Shown piece by piece: positions 9,301-17,743 of a DNA stretch of 64,000 nt. Each line of letters begins with the position of its first letter. Positions within the stretch are counted from its first letter, which is position 1. Location: assembly GCA_031429575.1 (NCBI GenBank), contig JANOZW010000254.1, positions 9,640-73,639 of the forward strand. The letters run 5' to 3'. The translations under genes and the position numbers were made by a program. The stretch comes from Ferruginibacter sp. Lineage in GTDB: Bacteria; Bacteroidota; Bacteroidia; Chitinophagales; Chitinophagaceae. Below the pieces are notes generated by a model that ran no database searches, was not told the DNA's origin, and saw only the letters and a list, made by a program, of their open reading frames with translations.

Positions 9301-12300
9301 TCCTTCAGGGCCCCAGCATCCCAATGCAGATTGTGCTCTAAAATAATAGGTTCCAGAACTTGTAACTGTTTGCGAAGAAGATGCTGTGGTTGTAGAGATA
9401 CCACCAGAGGTTGTACCCTGAAAATACATCGTACCATCATTTCCATTAGACGCTGTAATTATTGTGCTTGTACAGAAAGTACCAACTCCGCTAGCGATAG
9501 TTACCACAGGAAGCGGATTAACAGTGATAGTAACCATTGAAGAATTATCCGTAGATGTATTCGTAGCACAAGTAACCCTTAACCAATAATAAGTAGTGGC
9601 ACTTACTAAACCTGTGGTAAGTGTTGCTGGGTTAGTTTGTCCTGAAATTATGTTTCCAGCATTTGGGTAGTCTCCTAAAACAGTAGATGAAATCCACTGA
9701 TATGTACTTCCAGTTCCTGATGAATAACCTGTAGCTGTTATAGTTGGAGTGCCGGATCCACAGAAAGAAGAAGATCCCGAGGCAGTACCAGCTAAAGCTG
9801 TAGTACATCCTGGTGAAGTGAATTCATCAGCACCAATATCTGGTGTAGATGCATCACGAGCATCGTTATCAAAGTCATTGATTGTTGAAATTGCTGTTGC
9901 TTTTGTATCTATGCCTGCGTTTGACGTTGTAACCAAATGTAAATCCGTATTTGAAGTAAATACAGGGGCAACGTTAATAGAATTACCATTTCCTCCAAAA
10001 CCTGTAGTTAATGTTGCTAGGGTTGTTCTGTCAGTTGCAGCTATATTTCCAAGTACAGCAGAAGCTGCATTAAAGGTATTGCTTACAAAATAATCGTTAT
10101 AGTTAATGTTTGCAAATGCCGTATTGGCTGCTGCTGAATAAATAGCATAGTTTTTTTGAGTTGTACTAGTAGCAACCTGATTATTTACCAATAAGTTGTT
10201 ACGTATATCCAATACACTTGCCCCTGAGCCAATATATAATGCGGTTGTAAGTGCGGTTGTAGAACCAGCGCCCATGCTTCCATACATATTCACACTATTG
10301 TAGTATACGTTAATACCACCTGTTGTTGTGCCTAAGCTTGTACTGTTTCCAATTGTACCAATAGCTATACCCATACTGGAAGAATTGGTAAACCCAGAAA
10401 AGTTAGACCCACTTACACCACTAATAAAGTTGTTGGCAATCGTTAGGTTACTAGTAGCTGTTCCAGTACCTATAGTAATACCACGACCACCATAACCACC
10501 TGTGTTAGTAGTTAATGACTTTGTAATATTATTTCTGGTAACAGATGAAGAAACAAAGCCTGTTTCAAGAGAAATACCTGTAGGTGCCTGAGTTGTTGTG
10601 GTTTCTTCACTTACTGTATTTTGACTTATAGAACTATTTAAAGCATTTCCAAGCTGCATTCCAAGGGATGCTAGTGTACCAGTATAGGTAATTGAATTCC
10701 CAATAATGGCTAAATTATCATCCCCACCTGTTGAAACAGAAGCTGTACCATTCGCATAAATACCGATAGGTGCAACAGTAACAGCATTGTTCTGTAAAGT
10801 TACATTATCATTATCTGCACCAGATGTTCCTGGCGTATTTCCACCAACAGCAATACCATATCCTATTGAAGTAGCCACACCTGTGCTAATATTGCAATTT
10901 TTAATTGTATTATTTGTTGCTCCCAAGCCTGCTCCAAGACTAACGAATGAAATCCCAGTTGAGGCTGTTGTAGCAGTATTGGTAATAGTAAGATCACGGG
11001 TTGTAGTACCATTGTTACTACCGTCTACAGTCACATAATCTGCACCATTTAATTTTATTAAAGCAGCACTTGCTAGCGCACCACTAATAGTTGATGTTAC
11101 ACCAGCCGCTGGTTTAATGGTTAATGTATTAGTAGCACTTGCGCCTGTAAATGCATTAATTGTAAGTGGGAAAGTTTCTGTTGTTGAGCTATAATCAGAC
11201 TGTAGAGCAAATGTAACTGCACTACCAACTCCGTAAGCATTTAAATCTAAAATAGCATCTGTTAATTTAGTATAGTTAGGTGCTACTTGAGAAGCGCCAA
11301 TTTGGTATATCCCATTTAAAGCTGCTTTAATTATTCTTGTTCCCGCTGGCGCAGTTACAGATGGTGTTTGTACAGTTCCAATATTAAATCCGATACATTC
11401 TGCATCAAGTACATTACTAACTGTAGCACTTGCCGGCACATCATACACTAACCAGAAATAGTTGGTTCCTTCTGCTAACATTTGCGAACCGGTAACTGTA
11501 TAGGGAACTGATGGTGTTGGTACATCTGCACCAAATTGCGTGGTAGTTGCAAATGTATTGCTTGTGCCAGTATAATACACTCTAGCATTAGCAATATCAG
11601 CTGCAGAGCTTGTAGAACCTGTTGTATTGAAATCCATACTGCTTAAAGTGAGTGGACTTGCATTTCCTAGCGTTACTATCTGTACCCCAATTATTTGTTG
11701 GTTAGTAGCTGGTTTTACAATTGCCGTAGTAACAGCTTGAGTAGTTGTACTTGAAACATATGACATTGAAACGGCTTTTATACCCAATGCATAATAATTT
11801 GCTAAGGTTGTAATTAGTGGAGGAGCCTGAGTTGTTATTGTTGTAGCTGTAACCGTAGGCGAAGCTCCACCGGCTAAATCATAAGCACCAGCTAAACTTG
11901 CACTACTAGCAATTGCATTGGCTGTACCTAATGCTGTAGCTGTTTGTTCAGTAAGTTTAAGTTGTGTGCTTGTAAAATCGCCCGATACTAAAGATGTTGC
12001 CCAGTACCTATTGCTGTTTAATGATGTCATATTTACACCTGCTGTTCCTGCTGCATCTGCATCAAAAACCTCCGCCATAATTACTGGGCCAGCAGCACCT
12101 GTTGTAATATTAACCAAATCAAGTGGATTAAATCCTGATTTTCCTATTGGGAAACTATATGTAGTTATACCTGTTAAAGATGGAGGTAAAGTAAGTTGTA
12201 GCGGTCCGTTTACCCAACCACCAATACCGCTCACTACAGATGCACCACCTGAGAGGGCAGTAATTGGTGCTGCCGATGCCACAAACGTTGTTGTATTAGT

Positions 12301-15249
12301 TACACTTGCTACAGTAGTTCCTGGAGGAAAAGCGCCCACACCCGCACTAACCGATATGTTCATACCTGCTAAAAGGTTTGTTGTACTTGTAACTGTTATG
12401 GTCGTACCTGTAGAGGTTGCACCTGCAGCGGATGTATATGCACTTCGAATTGTACTCGTAGTTGTTGCACCTGTAATATTTACAATGTTTGCTGCACTAG
12501 TAATTAAATTACCAGACTGAAGTGTTAATGTACCTATGCTTAATGCGCCACCTGCTACTGTTATGTTATTGAGATTACCAATTGTAGCTGCAGATATACT
12601 TCTGGTTGTTGGTATTTCAAACCCAGTTGTTCGAGCAGCAGTCTCATATTGATATAGGACACTGTATGTACCAGTTCCTAAGTTAAATGTAGGCGTAGCT
12701 GCAAATGAACCACCGGGAGTCGTTAAGCCAGTAGAACCAATTTGTACGGAAGTAGCTAAAGCGGCACCTGTACCAATTGTAATTAAATTTGATCCGCTAA
12801 TTGTGCCTATAAATAAGTTAACCCTTAAAACAGGCGTATTGTTTGTAGTTGATATCGTTAAACCACCACCATTTTGAAGTGAAATTACGCCAACATTGGT
12901 TAGCACAGTTCCAGTTCCAGTATAAGTTTGGGCAGTATTTGTAAAAGATAAAAATTGTAAAGTAGATGTAGTAGCGATACCCGTTAAAACACCATTATTG
13001 GTAAATGTAGTTCCACGCTGTGAGTAAGTACCTGCAAGTATATCTATTTTTCCAGCAGCACTAATAGTTGTGTTACCAGAAACGATTAAACTACCTGTTG
13101 AACTTGCACTTTGAAGACTACCTCCCGTAGCAAAAACATTTCCCGTAACGTTTAATGTTCCAGTAGTAAGTGCTCTGAAAAGCCCTGTACCTGTGGCAGT
13201 GATGGTTAAATCTCCCTTAATTACGCCAGTTGTGCTAGTTGTAAACCAACTCATCGTTCCTGAAGCTGCCGGGCAATTGTAAATAAAATTACCAAAAGAT
13301 TGTACTGCATTTGTTGCTGTAGTAGTAGAAGTAGTAATTCCACTGATTGTTACAGTAGAAGTAGTGTTCCAAGTTGCCAAAGGAATCCATGGAGCTGCAG
13401 TTGTTGCGCCAGAGACATTATATTGAGATCCGTTTGCAAAAACCAGTGTTGCTGCAGATCCTGTTACGTTTCCGTTTGTAGTAATATTTGCTGTTGCAAC
13501 ATTGTTTATAACACCCGTGCTTGCTACAGTAACAACTGTACCAGTACCGCCTGTTGTAAGAAAAGAATTTGATGTAGTTGCCGCAGTAGTAGTACCTGCA
13601 ACTGTAAGTGTTCCTGCTATAGTACCAGTCATACCAGTACCTGTAGCAAAAACCATAGAAATTGGGTTGACTGTATTTGTAAGCAATATAGAACTACCTG
13701 CTCCAATACTTAATTCATCTCCAACTGAACCAGTTAATGTTAATATCCTTTGTGTAGTTGCACTAGATTGTATTGTAGTGGCTGTGCTATTGGTGATTTG
13801 TAACGATCCAATTGATGCACTAGCACTAACACTAATTGTACCTGCTAAGCCTGCAGTTGTTCCCATACCATCAACAACCAATATATCAGAAGTTAGCGGA
13901 GTGGCCCTTGTGGTACCAGTATTATTAGCCAACGTATTCCAATTGGCTGCTGTATTCCAATCACCACCTGTTGCGCCTACCCAATAATATGTGGCTGCAG
14001 CGGTTGTAGCTTGCGTTCCGGCAATTCCATTGCTTACCGCTCCCTCACTAACCGAAACAACTCTCCAAGTATATGAAGTGCCAGGTGTAAGACCAGTAAC
14101 TGCCAAAGTATTTGTACCTACAAGTGTAGTGTTTAGATAGTTATACGTAGTACCTCCATCTGTAGAACTATAAACTGCATATTTTACAATGCCAGTTATT
14201 GGTGACGCCGCTGCCCAGTTAAGTGTCATTCCTCCAGCTGTAATAGCTGAAAATGTAAGTGGCGCTGTAGGAGCCGCTGTTGTAGGAGGAATAAAACGAT
14301 AGTATTTTCTGCTTCCGTTTGAAGTAGAATTTAAACTTGTAATAGTAGAAGAAGCTGTGTAGCTATTTGAAGTTACAGTAGCTGTTGTATTAGGGGCATT
14401 GGTACTCGTATTTAGTGTTACAACATTATTTACCGTTGTATTAGAAGATAACCCTACATAATAAAGTGCGGGTGTAGCAGCATTTGTTGCCATTGCACCA
14501 TACACATATTCAATAGCTCCAGTAGATTCGTATAAGCGTACCTGCCAAGTTGCAGTACCCGGAGCAACTGGGGTAATGAACCTAACCATGATATTTGTCC
14601 ATTGAATAACCAAAGTACGATTAGGTGCTGTGCCTACAATTTTTGCGATTACATTTCCATCCGATCCAGTTTGCATATCATTTGCAAAAGCCGCAATAGT
14701 GGGAACTGTAGTATTTGGTATAGCATATACAGTACTACCTGGTGCAACTCCCATTGTCATTATTCCGTTTGCAGTAACTCCAAAGTTTGCATACCTACTT
14801 CCCATTAAAAAGAATTCAAAAGTACTCCCAACTCCAAGATTGGTATTGGTTAAAGCAGAAACGCCATCATCAATACCAGCTCCAAGCAGTGAAGTAGTTC
14901 CAGTAGTCATGTCAATAGCATTGCTATTCATATCCAAAGCCAAAGAGCCATTGGTGCCAGTGGTAACAGTGGTAGGGCTTGGCAAATAATTAACTGTGCT
15001 CTGTGCATTTGCACCTATAGCACCTATAATTAATATGCTTCCTAATAGGAATGCATAAACAACTTGTTTTGCAAACACAAAAAAAGCAGGCTCACTAGCT
15101 TGCTTGGCACCCTGACTTGCAGAGGTAGATTGATTGTTTGCTGCTAAAACCAATGTATGGTTTGTAACATTGCTATTGCCCGTAAGCGTAGCTGTTGATT
15201 TTATCAAGCTTCGGAGAAAAGCAGTAATAAGGGTAAAGAAAATTTTCAT
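6313..15249 (-). CDS. Giant (2978 aa) secreted adhesin-like protein: FN3, beta-helix-like repeats, BNR/neuraminidase N-terminal-like domain, InlB B-repeat-like x2, SprB-like repeats; no recognisable T9SS CTD
   Basis: Continuous Thr/Ala/Gly/Ser-rich ORF; LTPGTSYTWRVVSV (FN3), TITASAGxxGSISPSG x2, CFGGTTTVTVSATGG...YTVTDANGC x2; no YPNP or PNxFTPNGDG at the C-terminus. Confidence 0.85.
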   Translation of the reverse strand: MKIFFTLITAFLRSLIKSTATLTGNSNVTNHTLVLAANNQSTSASQGAKQASEPAFFVFAKQVVYAFLLGSILIIGAIGANAQSTVNYLPSPTTVTTGTNGSLALDMNSNAIDMTTGTTSLLGAGIDDGVSALTNTNLGVGSTFEFFLMGSRYANFGVTANGIMTMGVAPGSTVYAIPNTTVPTIAAFANDMQTGSDGNVIAKIVGTAPNRTLVIQWTNIMVRFITPVAPGTATWQVRLYESTGAIEYVYGAMATNAATPALYYVGLSSNTTVNNVVTLNTSTNAPNTTATVTSNSYTASSTITSLNSTSNGSRKYYRFIPPTTAAPTAPLTFSAITAGGMTLNWAAASPITGIVKYAVYSSTDGGTTYNYLNTTLVGTNTLAVTGLTPGTSYTWRVVSVSEGAVSNGIAGTQATTAAATYYWVGATGGDWNTAANWNTLANNTGTTRATPLTSDILVVDGMGTTAGLAGTISVSASASIGSLQITNSTATTIQSSATTQRILTLTGSVGDELSIGAGSSILLTNTVNPISMVFATGTGMTGTIAGTLTVAGTTTAATTSNSFLTTGGTGTVVTVASTGVINNVATANITTNGNVTGSAATLVFANGSQYNVSGATTAAPWIPLATWNTTSTVTISGITTSTTTATNAVQSFGNFIYNCPAASGTMSWFTTSTTGVIKGDLTITATGTGLFRALTTGTLNVTGNVFATGGSLQSASSTGSLIVSGNTTISAAGKIDILAGTYSQRGTTFTNNGVLTGIATTSTLQFLSFTNTAQTYTGTGTVLTNVGVISLQNGGGLTISTTNNTPVLRVNLFIGTISGSNLITIGTGAALATSVQIGSTGLTTPGGSFAATPTFNLGTGTYSVLYQYETAARTTGFEIPTTRSISAATIGNLNNITVAGGALSIGTLTLQSGNLITSAANIVNITGATTTSTIRSAYTSAAGATSTGTTITVTSTTNLLAGMNISVSAGVGAFPPGTTVASVTNTTTFVASAAPITALSGGASVVSGIGGWVNGPLQLTLPPSLTGITTYSFPIGKSGFNPLDLVNITTGAAGPVIMAEVFDADAAGTAGVNMTSLNSNRYWATSLVSGDFTSTQLKLTEQTATALGTANAIASSASLAGAYDLAGGASPTVTATTITTQAPPLITTLANYYALGIKAVSMSYVSSTTTQAVTTAIVKPATNQQIIGVQIVTLGNASPLTLSSMDFNTTGSTSSAADIANARVYYTGTSNTFATTTQFGADVPTPSVPYTVTGSQMLAEGTNYFWLVYDVPASATVSNVLDAECIGFNIGTVQTPSVTAPAGTRIIKAALNGIYQIGASQVAPNYTKLTDAILDLNAYGVGSAVTFALQSDYSSTTETFPLTINAFTGASATNTLTIKPAAGVTSTISGALASAALIKLNGADYVTVDGSNNGTTTRDLTITNTATTASTGISFVSLGAGLGATNNTIKNCNISTGVATSIGYGIAVGGNTPGTSGADNDNVTLQNNAVTVAPIGIYANGTASVSTGGDDNLAIIGNSITYTGTLASLGMQLGNALNSSISQNTVSEETTTTQAPTGISLETGFVSSSVTRNNITKSLTTNTGGYGGRGITIGTGTATSNLTIANNFISGVSGSNFSGFTNSSSMGIAIGTIGNSTSLGTTTGGINVYYNSVNMYGSMGAGSTTALTTALYIGSGASVLDIRNNLLVNNQVATSTTQKNYAIYSAAANTAFANINYNDYFVSNTFNAASAVLGNIAATDRTTLATLTTGFGGNGNSINVAPVFTSNTDLHLVTTSNAGIDTKATAISTINDFDNDARDASTPDIGADEFTSPGCTTALAGTASGSSSFCGSGTPTITATGYSSGTGSTYQWISSTVLGDYPNAGNIISGQTNPATLTTGLVSATTYYWLRVTCATNTSTDNSSMVTITVNPLPVVTIASGVGTFCTSTIITASNGNDGTMYFQGTTSGGISTTTASSSQTVTSSGTYYFRAQSALGCWGPEGSVAVVIQTDPIITGTAANICANEIGTIAAVAAKSCAGFANAGTTLNGTFTATDLKALRPTASIINTSTCSFDAAVQRGYQAQQFRVSVTGSYAFDMTSTDDGMAYITTGAFVPGNCSGGGTWIKGDDDTGPGNDPQLLMTLTAGTTYTLYSTTYSTTTGNSTAAYSWAITPPVGGQLMLQAAGNIEWYTSASGGTAIGTGSPFNPVGVAGSGLANTNTAGTTTFYAACSNASICRTAVNFVINANYSITASAGLNGSISPSGVTTLSCLGTGNQTYTITPNSGYNVADVLVDGVSVGAVVTYTFTSVIANHTITASFVVSSQTITASAGTGGSISPSGSVIVAFGANQTFNITPNTGYAITNVLVDGLSVGTANTYTFTNVTVAHTIAASFTIITVVESDPALVAINITDATNTLINANLIPYLAVNTLNVPILNFSLEHAVPSGTIKVKIDLGDKLILNNPSALATVLPIEFSWTFSTVAGHQILIGDQIAVLPIDYNAVANFDVKGVIAGTSLVSSDILVTNHNNATETLVDIDLTNNHSELQYTILSNFTAILQTTTNVSCYGGNNGSITVLASGGTTPYRYSKDNGVTWQTSSTFSSLIAGAYSIRVEDFVGQFVILNYTVTQPTQLVATAVAGTIGCFGGTTTVTVSATGGTSPYTGTGAFTVSAGAYSYTVTDANGCTSTVTGTVSQPTQLVATAVAGTINCFGGTTTVTVSATGGTAPYTGTGAFTVSAGAYSYTVTDANGCTSSVSVTITQAAILNATVTPTNAACAGNFNSATITISNPTGGSGSYQYSINGGTSWQNSGSYSVNAGTYNVQIRDANSISCSRILNSALIITEAQNTDVAIGSQTADNLYAANGDEKTIAYNLTEINGKAATASVIRIFKPAGYQVIFNQSLLTWTDVNGFPSQITYTVDNSKWVQTFSNSSYVEFSRTGTDGNNTIGCNEQLRVVFTLKRNTLNISKFNLNVQFRPATGEIRLNNNSNSIIFTGE
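7052..7428 (-). repeat. Tandem 198-bp (66-aa) intragenic duplication of an SprB-like repeat
   Basis: Matching anchors gtacagcca (7052) and gtacatccg (7250); protein copies nearly identical. Confidence 0.9.
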
Positions 15250-16109
15250 ATTTGCTGTTTATAGGTGTTTTATATTCTGATTAGGATGTTTTATATTTTA
15301 ACTAAATTATTTTTTCACTTTAAAAAATTCCCACTAAGTATAGCTATGCATACTTACAAGATAATTTTGTACAACTCTTATTGAGTCCTTATTTAACAAT
15401 AAAATATTGTACAAATAAATTCAATATTAAAATGGTATTGTAGCTGTAGTGCTAAGCACAGCTTGGTTTACAGCGTTTATTAATTGGTTAAACAATTTTT
15501 CGTTTGGCTAAAATGCCAATAGGATAATGGATGGACGTTAGTTTGACAAACCAATAATAGACTTTAATTTGGGATTGACAAATTAGGTAAATGCTATTTT
15601 TATTCTTATCAATGTTTAAACACTTATGGGTAAAAAATATAATAAGATTGGCGAAAAAAAATTCACTAATTAATAAAATGTTAAATAAACAAATACCCAT
15701 AAGATTAAATAAACATGTTTGGATATATAGATTATTTTATGCATGCATTTCATAAAATGAGAATAAGATTGTGAATAAGATGTTAAAATGTTTTGGCGTT
15801 TTTTAATGCCCGAAACGTAAAAACACTATAGAAAATAGAGACATGATTTATTAAAAAATGGAGATTTACATAACCATGGGTAAGATTGGGTGATAAATAG
15901 AAATTAAACAAACCATCTTAATATACAAGCAAATGCTTTACTAGCTTTACTTTCCGCTGATTTTAGTTAGCTTGTACATTTCATCTTTCTCTTTTCATAT
16001 TATTTTATTACAGTATCGTATTTTTACGTTGTTCTCAAAATCCTGTTAAATAACTCTTTTAAGTTTTTTCTATATCGTTTTGTGCCGTAATATTACCACA
16101 CAAACAATC

Positions 16110-16865
16110 ATGCCCTTGCGTATAATTTTTACTTTGTTATTTATTTTCATTTATACGAATCATGCCTTTACACAAATAAGGGTTAGTGGTACTGTATTAG
16201 ATAAGAGTAAAATAAATTATGTAGAAGGCGTTCAAGTTATCAATACAGGTGGTAAAGTTGCTTTTACAGATTCGCTTGGGCATTATAGCATACCAGCAAA
16301 AAATGGTGACTCATTATATTTTGTATATAACAATAAGCCTACACAAAAATTTGCTGTGGGTAGTATTCCCAACCCTGAGCAATTTGATATTTCTATACAC
16401 TTAAACATAAAAGGAAAATTCAAAGTTTTAAAAGAAGTAATTGTTTACTCTAAAAATTACAAACAAGATTCGTTGGAAAACAGGCAGAATTATGCGGAAG
16501 TGTTTTCTTTTCAAAAGGAAGGGATTGGTACGTCTATTACACCAAGTGGTGGTGTAGGGCTAGATGCCAATGCGCTTATAAATATGTTTCGGTTTAAAAG
16601 AAATAAAAGGATAAAGGCTTTTCAACAAAGACTAGAAATTGAAGAACAAGAAAAATATGTAAGCTATCGTTTTAGTAAAAATTTTGTGGGTCGTACTACA
16701 CAGCTGAAGGGAGCTGCGTTAGATACTTTTTTAATTTGGTATCGCCCGTCGTATGAGTTTGTAAGTACCAGTAGTTTAATAGAGTTTAATCAGTTTGTGC
16801 TTAATGCATCTTATCACTACAAAAAGATTATGGGTATTGGGGAAGGGAAAAAGGAGGAAGAATAA
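16110..16865 (+). CDS. Secreted protein with CarboxypepD_reg-like N-terminal domain
   Basis: Signal peptide, then QIRVSGTVLD...TDSLGHYSI...GDSLYF...LKEVIV. Confidence 0.75.
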   Translation: MPLRIIFTLLFIFIYTNHAFTQIRVSGTVLDKSKINYVEGVQVINTGGKVAFTDSLGHYSIPAKNGDSLYFVYNNKPTQKFAVGSIPNPEQFDISIHLNIKGKFKVLKEVIVYSKNYKQDSLENRQNYAEVFSFQKEGIGTSITPSGGVGLDANALINMFRFKRNKRIKAFQQRLEIEEQEKYVSYRFSKNFVGRTTQLKGAALDTFLIWYRPSYEFVSTSSLIEFNQFVLNASYHYKKIMGIGEGKKEEE

Positions 16866-16907
16866 ATTGTTTGGTATTTGTGGTTTGTAGTTGTTTGTTT
16901 GGTGTTT
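16866..16907 (+). repeat. Degenerate 7-mer array x6 starting immediately after a stop codon
   Basis: ATTGTTT GGTATTT GTGGTTT GTAGTTG TTTGTTT GGTGTTT. Confidence 0.65.
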
Positions 16908-16933
16908 TGTGCTACTTGTCTATCTCTCTTAAT

Positions 16934-17101
16934 TTATAAATCTTTTGCGTAAATTTTTTTTGTGCCGCCTTTGCCGTCGGATACAACCATGTATGTATTT
17001 GTAGCTTTGGTTTCTACTTTTACTCTTTGTATAGCCCTAGCTAAAGCTTCCATTATTTTTGGTGAAAGGTCTTCACTTACTTTTTTATTAACGAGATTCA
17101 T
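16934..17101 (-). CDS. 55-aa protein coupled to the zeta-toxin-like ATPase (candidate partner/antitoxin)
   Basis: Manual translation MNLVNKKVSEDLSPKIMEALARAIQRVKVETKATNTYMVVSDGKGGTKKIYAKDL*; start overlaps the upstream gene end by 14 nt; below the ORF-track length cutoff. Confidence 0.7.
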   Translation of the reverse strand: MNLVNKKVSEDLSPKIMEALARAIQRVKVETKATNTYMVVSDGKGGTKKIYAKDL

Positions 17102-17657
17102 TTCCTATGATGTTGTTATATATTGTAAAGTTAAGTATTTCTTTTATTCCATCTATTGATTTACCTATGATTTGGTATTCCTGCCCAGAATTATCAAGCA
17201 AATACCAATTTTGAACCACAGATGCGTATTTAGGGAAATTTGCCAATCCCTTTTTATACCTTCTTTCAATTACATCTTGAGGGATATTATGCCCTCCTTT
17301 TTTTACCCTTATTGATACTCTCTCAAACGCCATTTCCGCACTTTCAAGGTTTACAAAAAACAGGGTAACGATAAAATCGTTCAACTTGGCTTTTTCTATA
17401 ATCTTTAAATATGTAAGCCCAGATAGGGTAGTTTCAAAAGCAAAACTTTGTTTGTTTTTAATGAGAGAATCAATTCTTTGAAGCATTGTTCTCGCAGCTG
17501 CAATAGCGGCTGATTCTACATCATCTCTATTTATTGCACGAGCAATTTCATCCGCATTTACAAATTCAATAGTTTGAAAAACCTCGGGCAATAGATTATA
17601 CGCTGCAGTAGTTTTTCCTGCACCATTACAACCAGCTATGATAAAGAGTTCTGGCAT
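17088..17657 (-). CDS. Zeta-toxin-like P-loop ATPase/kinase (COG4185-type)
   Basis: IIAGCNGAGKTT Walker A, FVNADEIA, SFAFETTLSG, RVKKGGHNIP. Confidence 0.85.
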   Translation of the reverse strand: MPELFIIAGCNGAGKTTAAYNLLPEVFQTIEFVNADEIARAINRDDVESAAIAAARTMLQRIDSLIKNKQSFAFETTLSGLTYLKIIEKAKLNDFIVTLFFVNLESAEMAFERVSIRVKKGGHNIPQDVIERRYKKGLANFPKYASVVQNWYLLDNSGQEYQIIGKSIDGIKEILNFTIYNNIIGNESR

Positions 17658-17743
17658 TATATATTGTTGAATTGATAAATTGTTTTATTGTTGATGGCTT
17701 TATTTAATTACAAGCAACTTTTAAAAATACTCACTAAGTTGTA

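Noticed and set aside
8822-14989. Several 60-200 aa plus-strand ORFs opposite the giant adhesin
   Set aside because: Antisense shadows of a Thr/Ala/Gly-rich gene; no independent motifs
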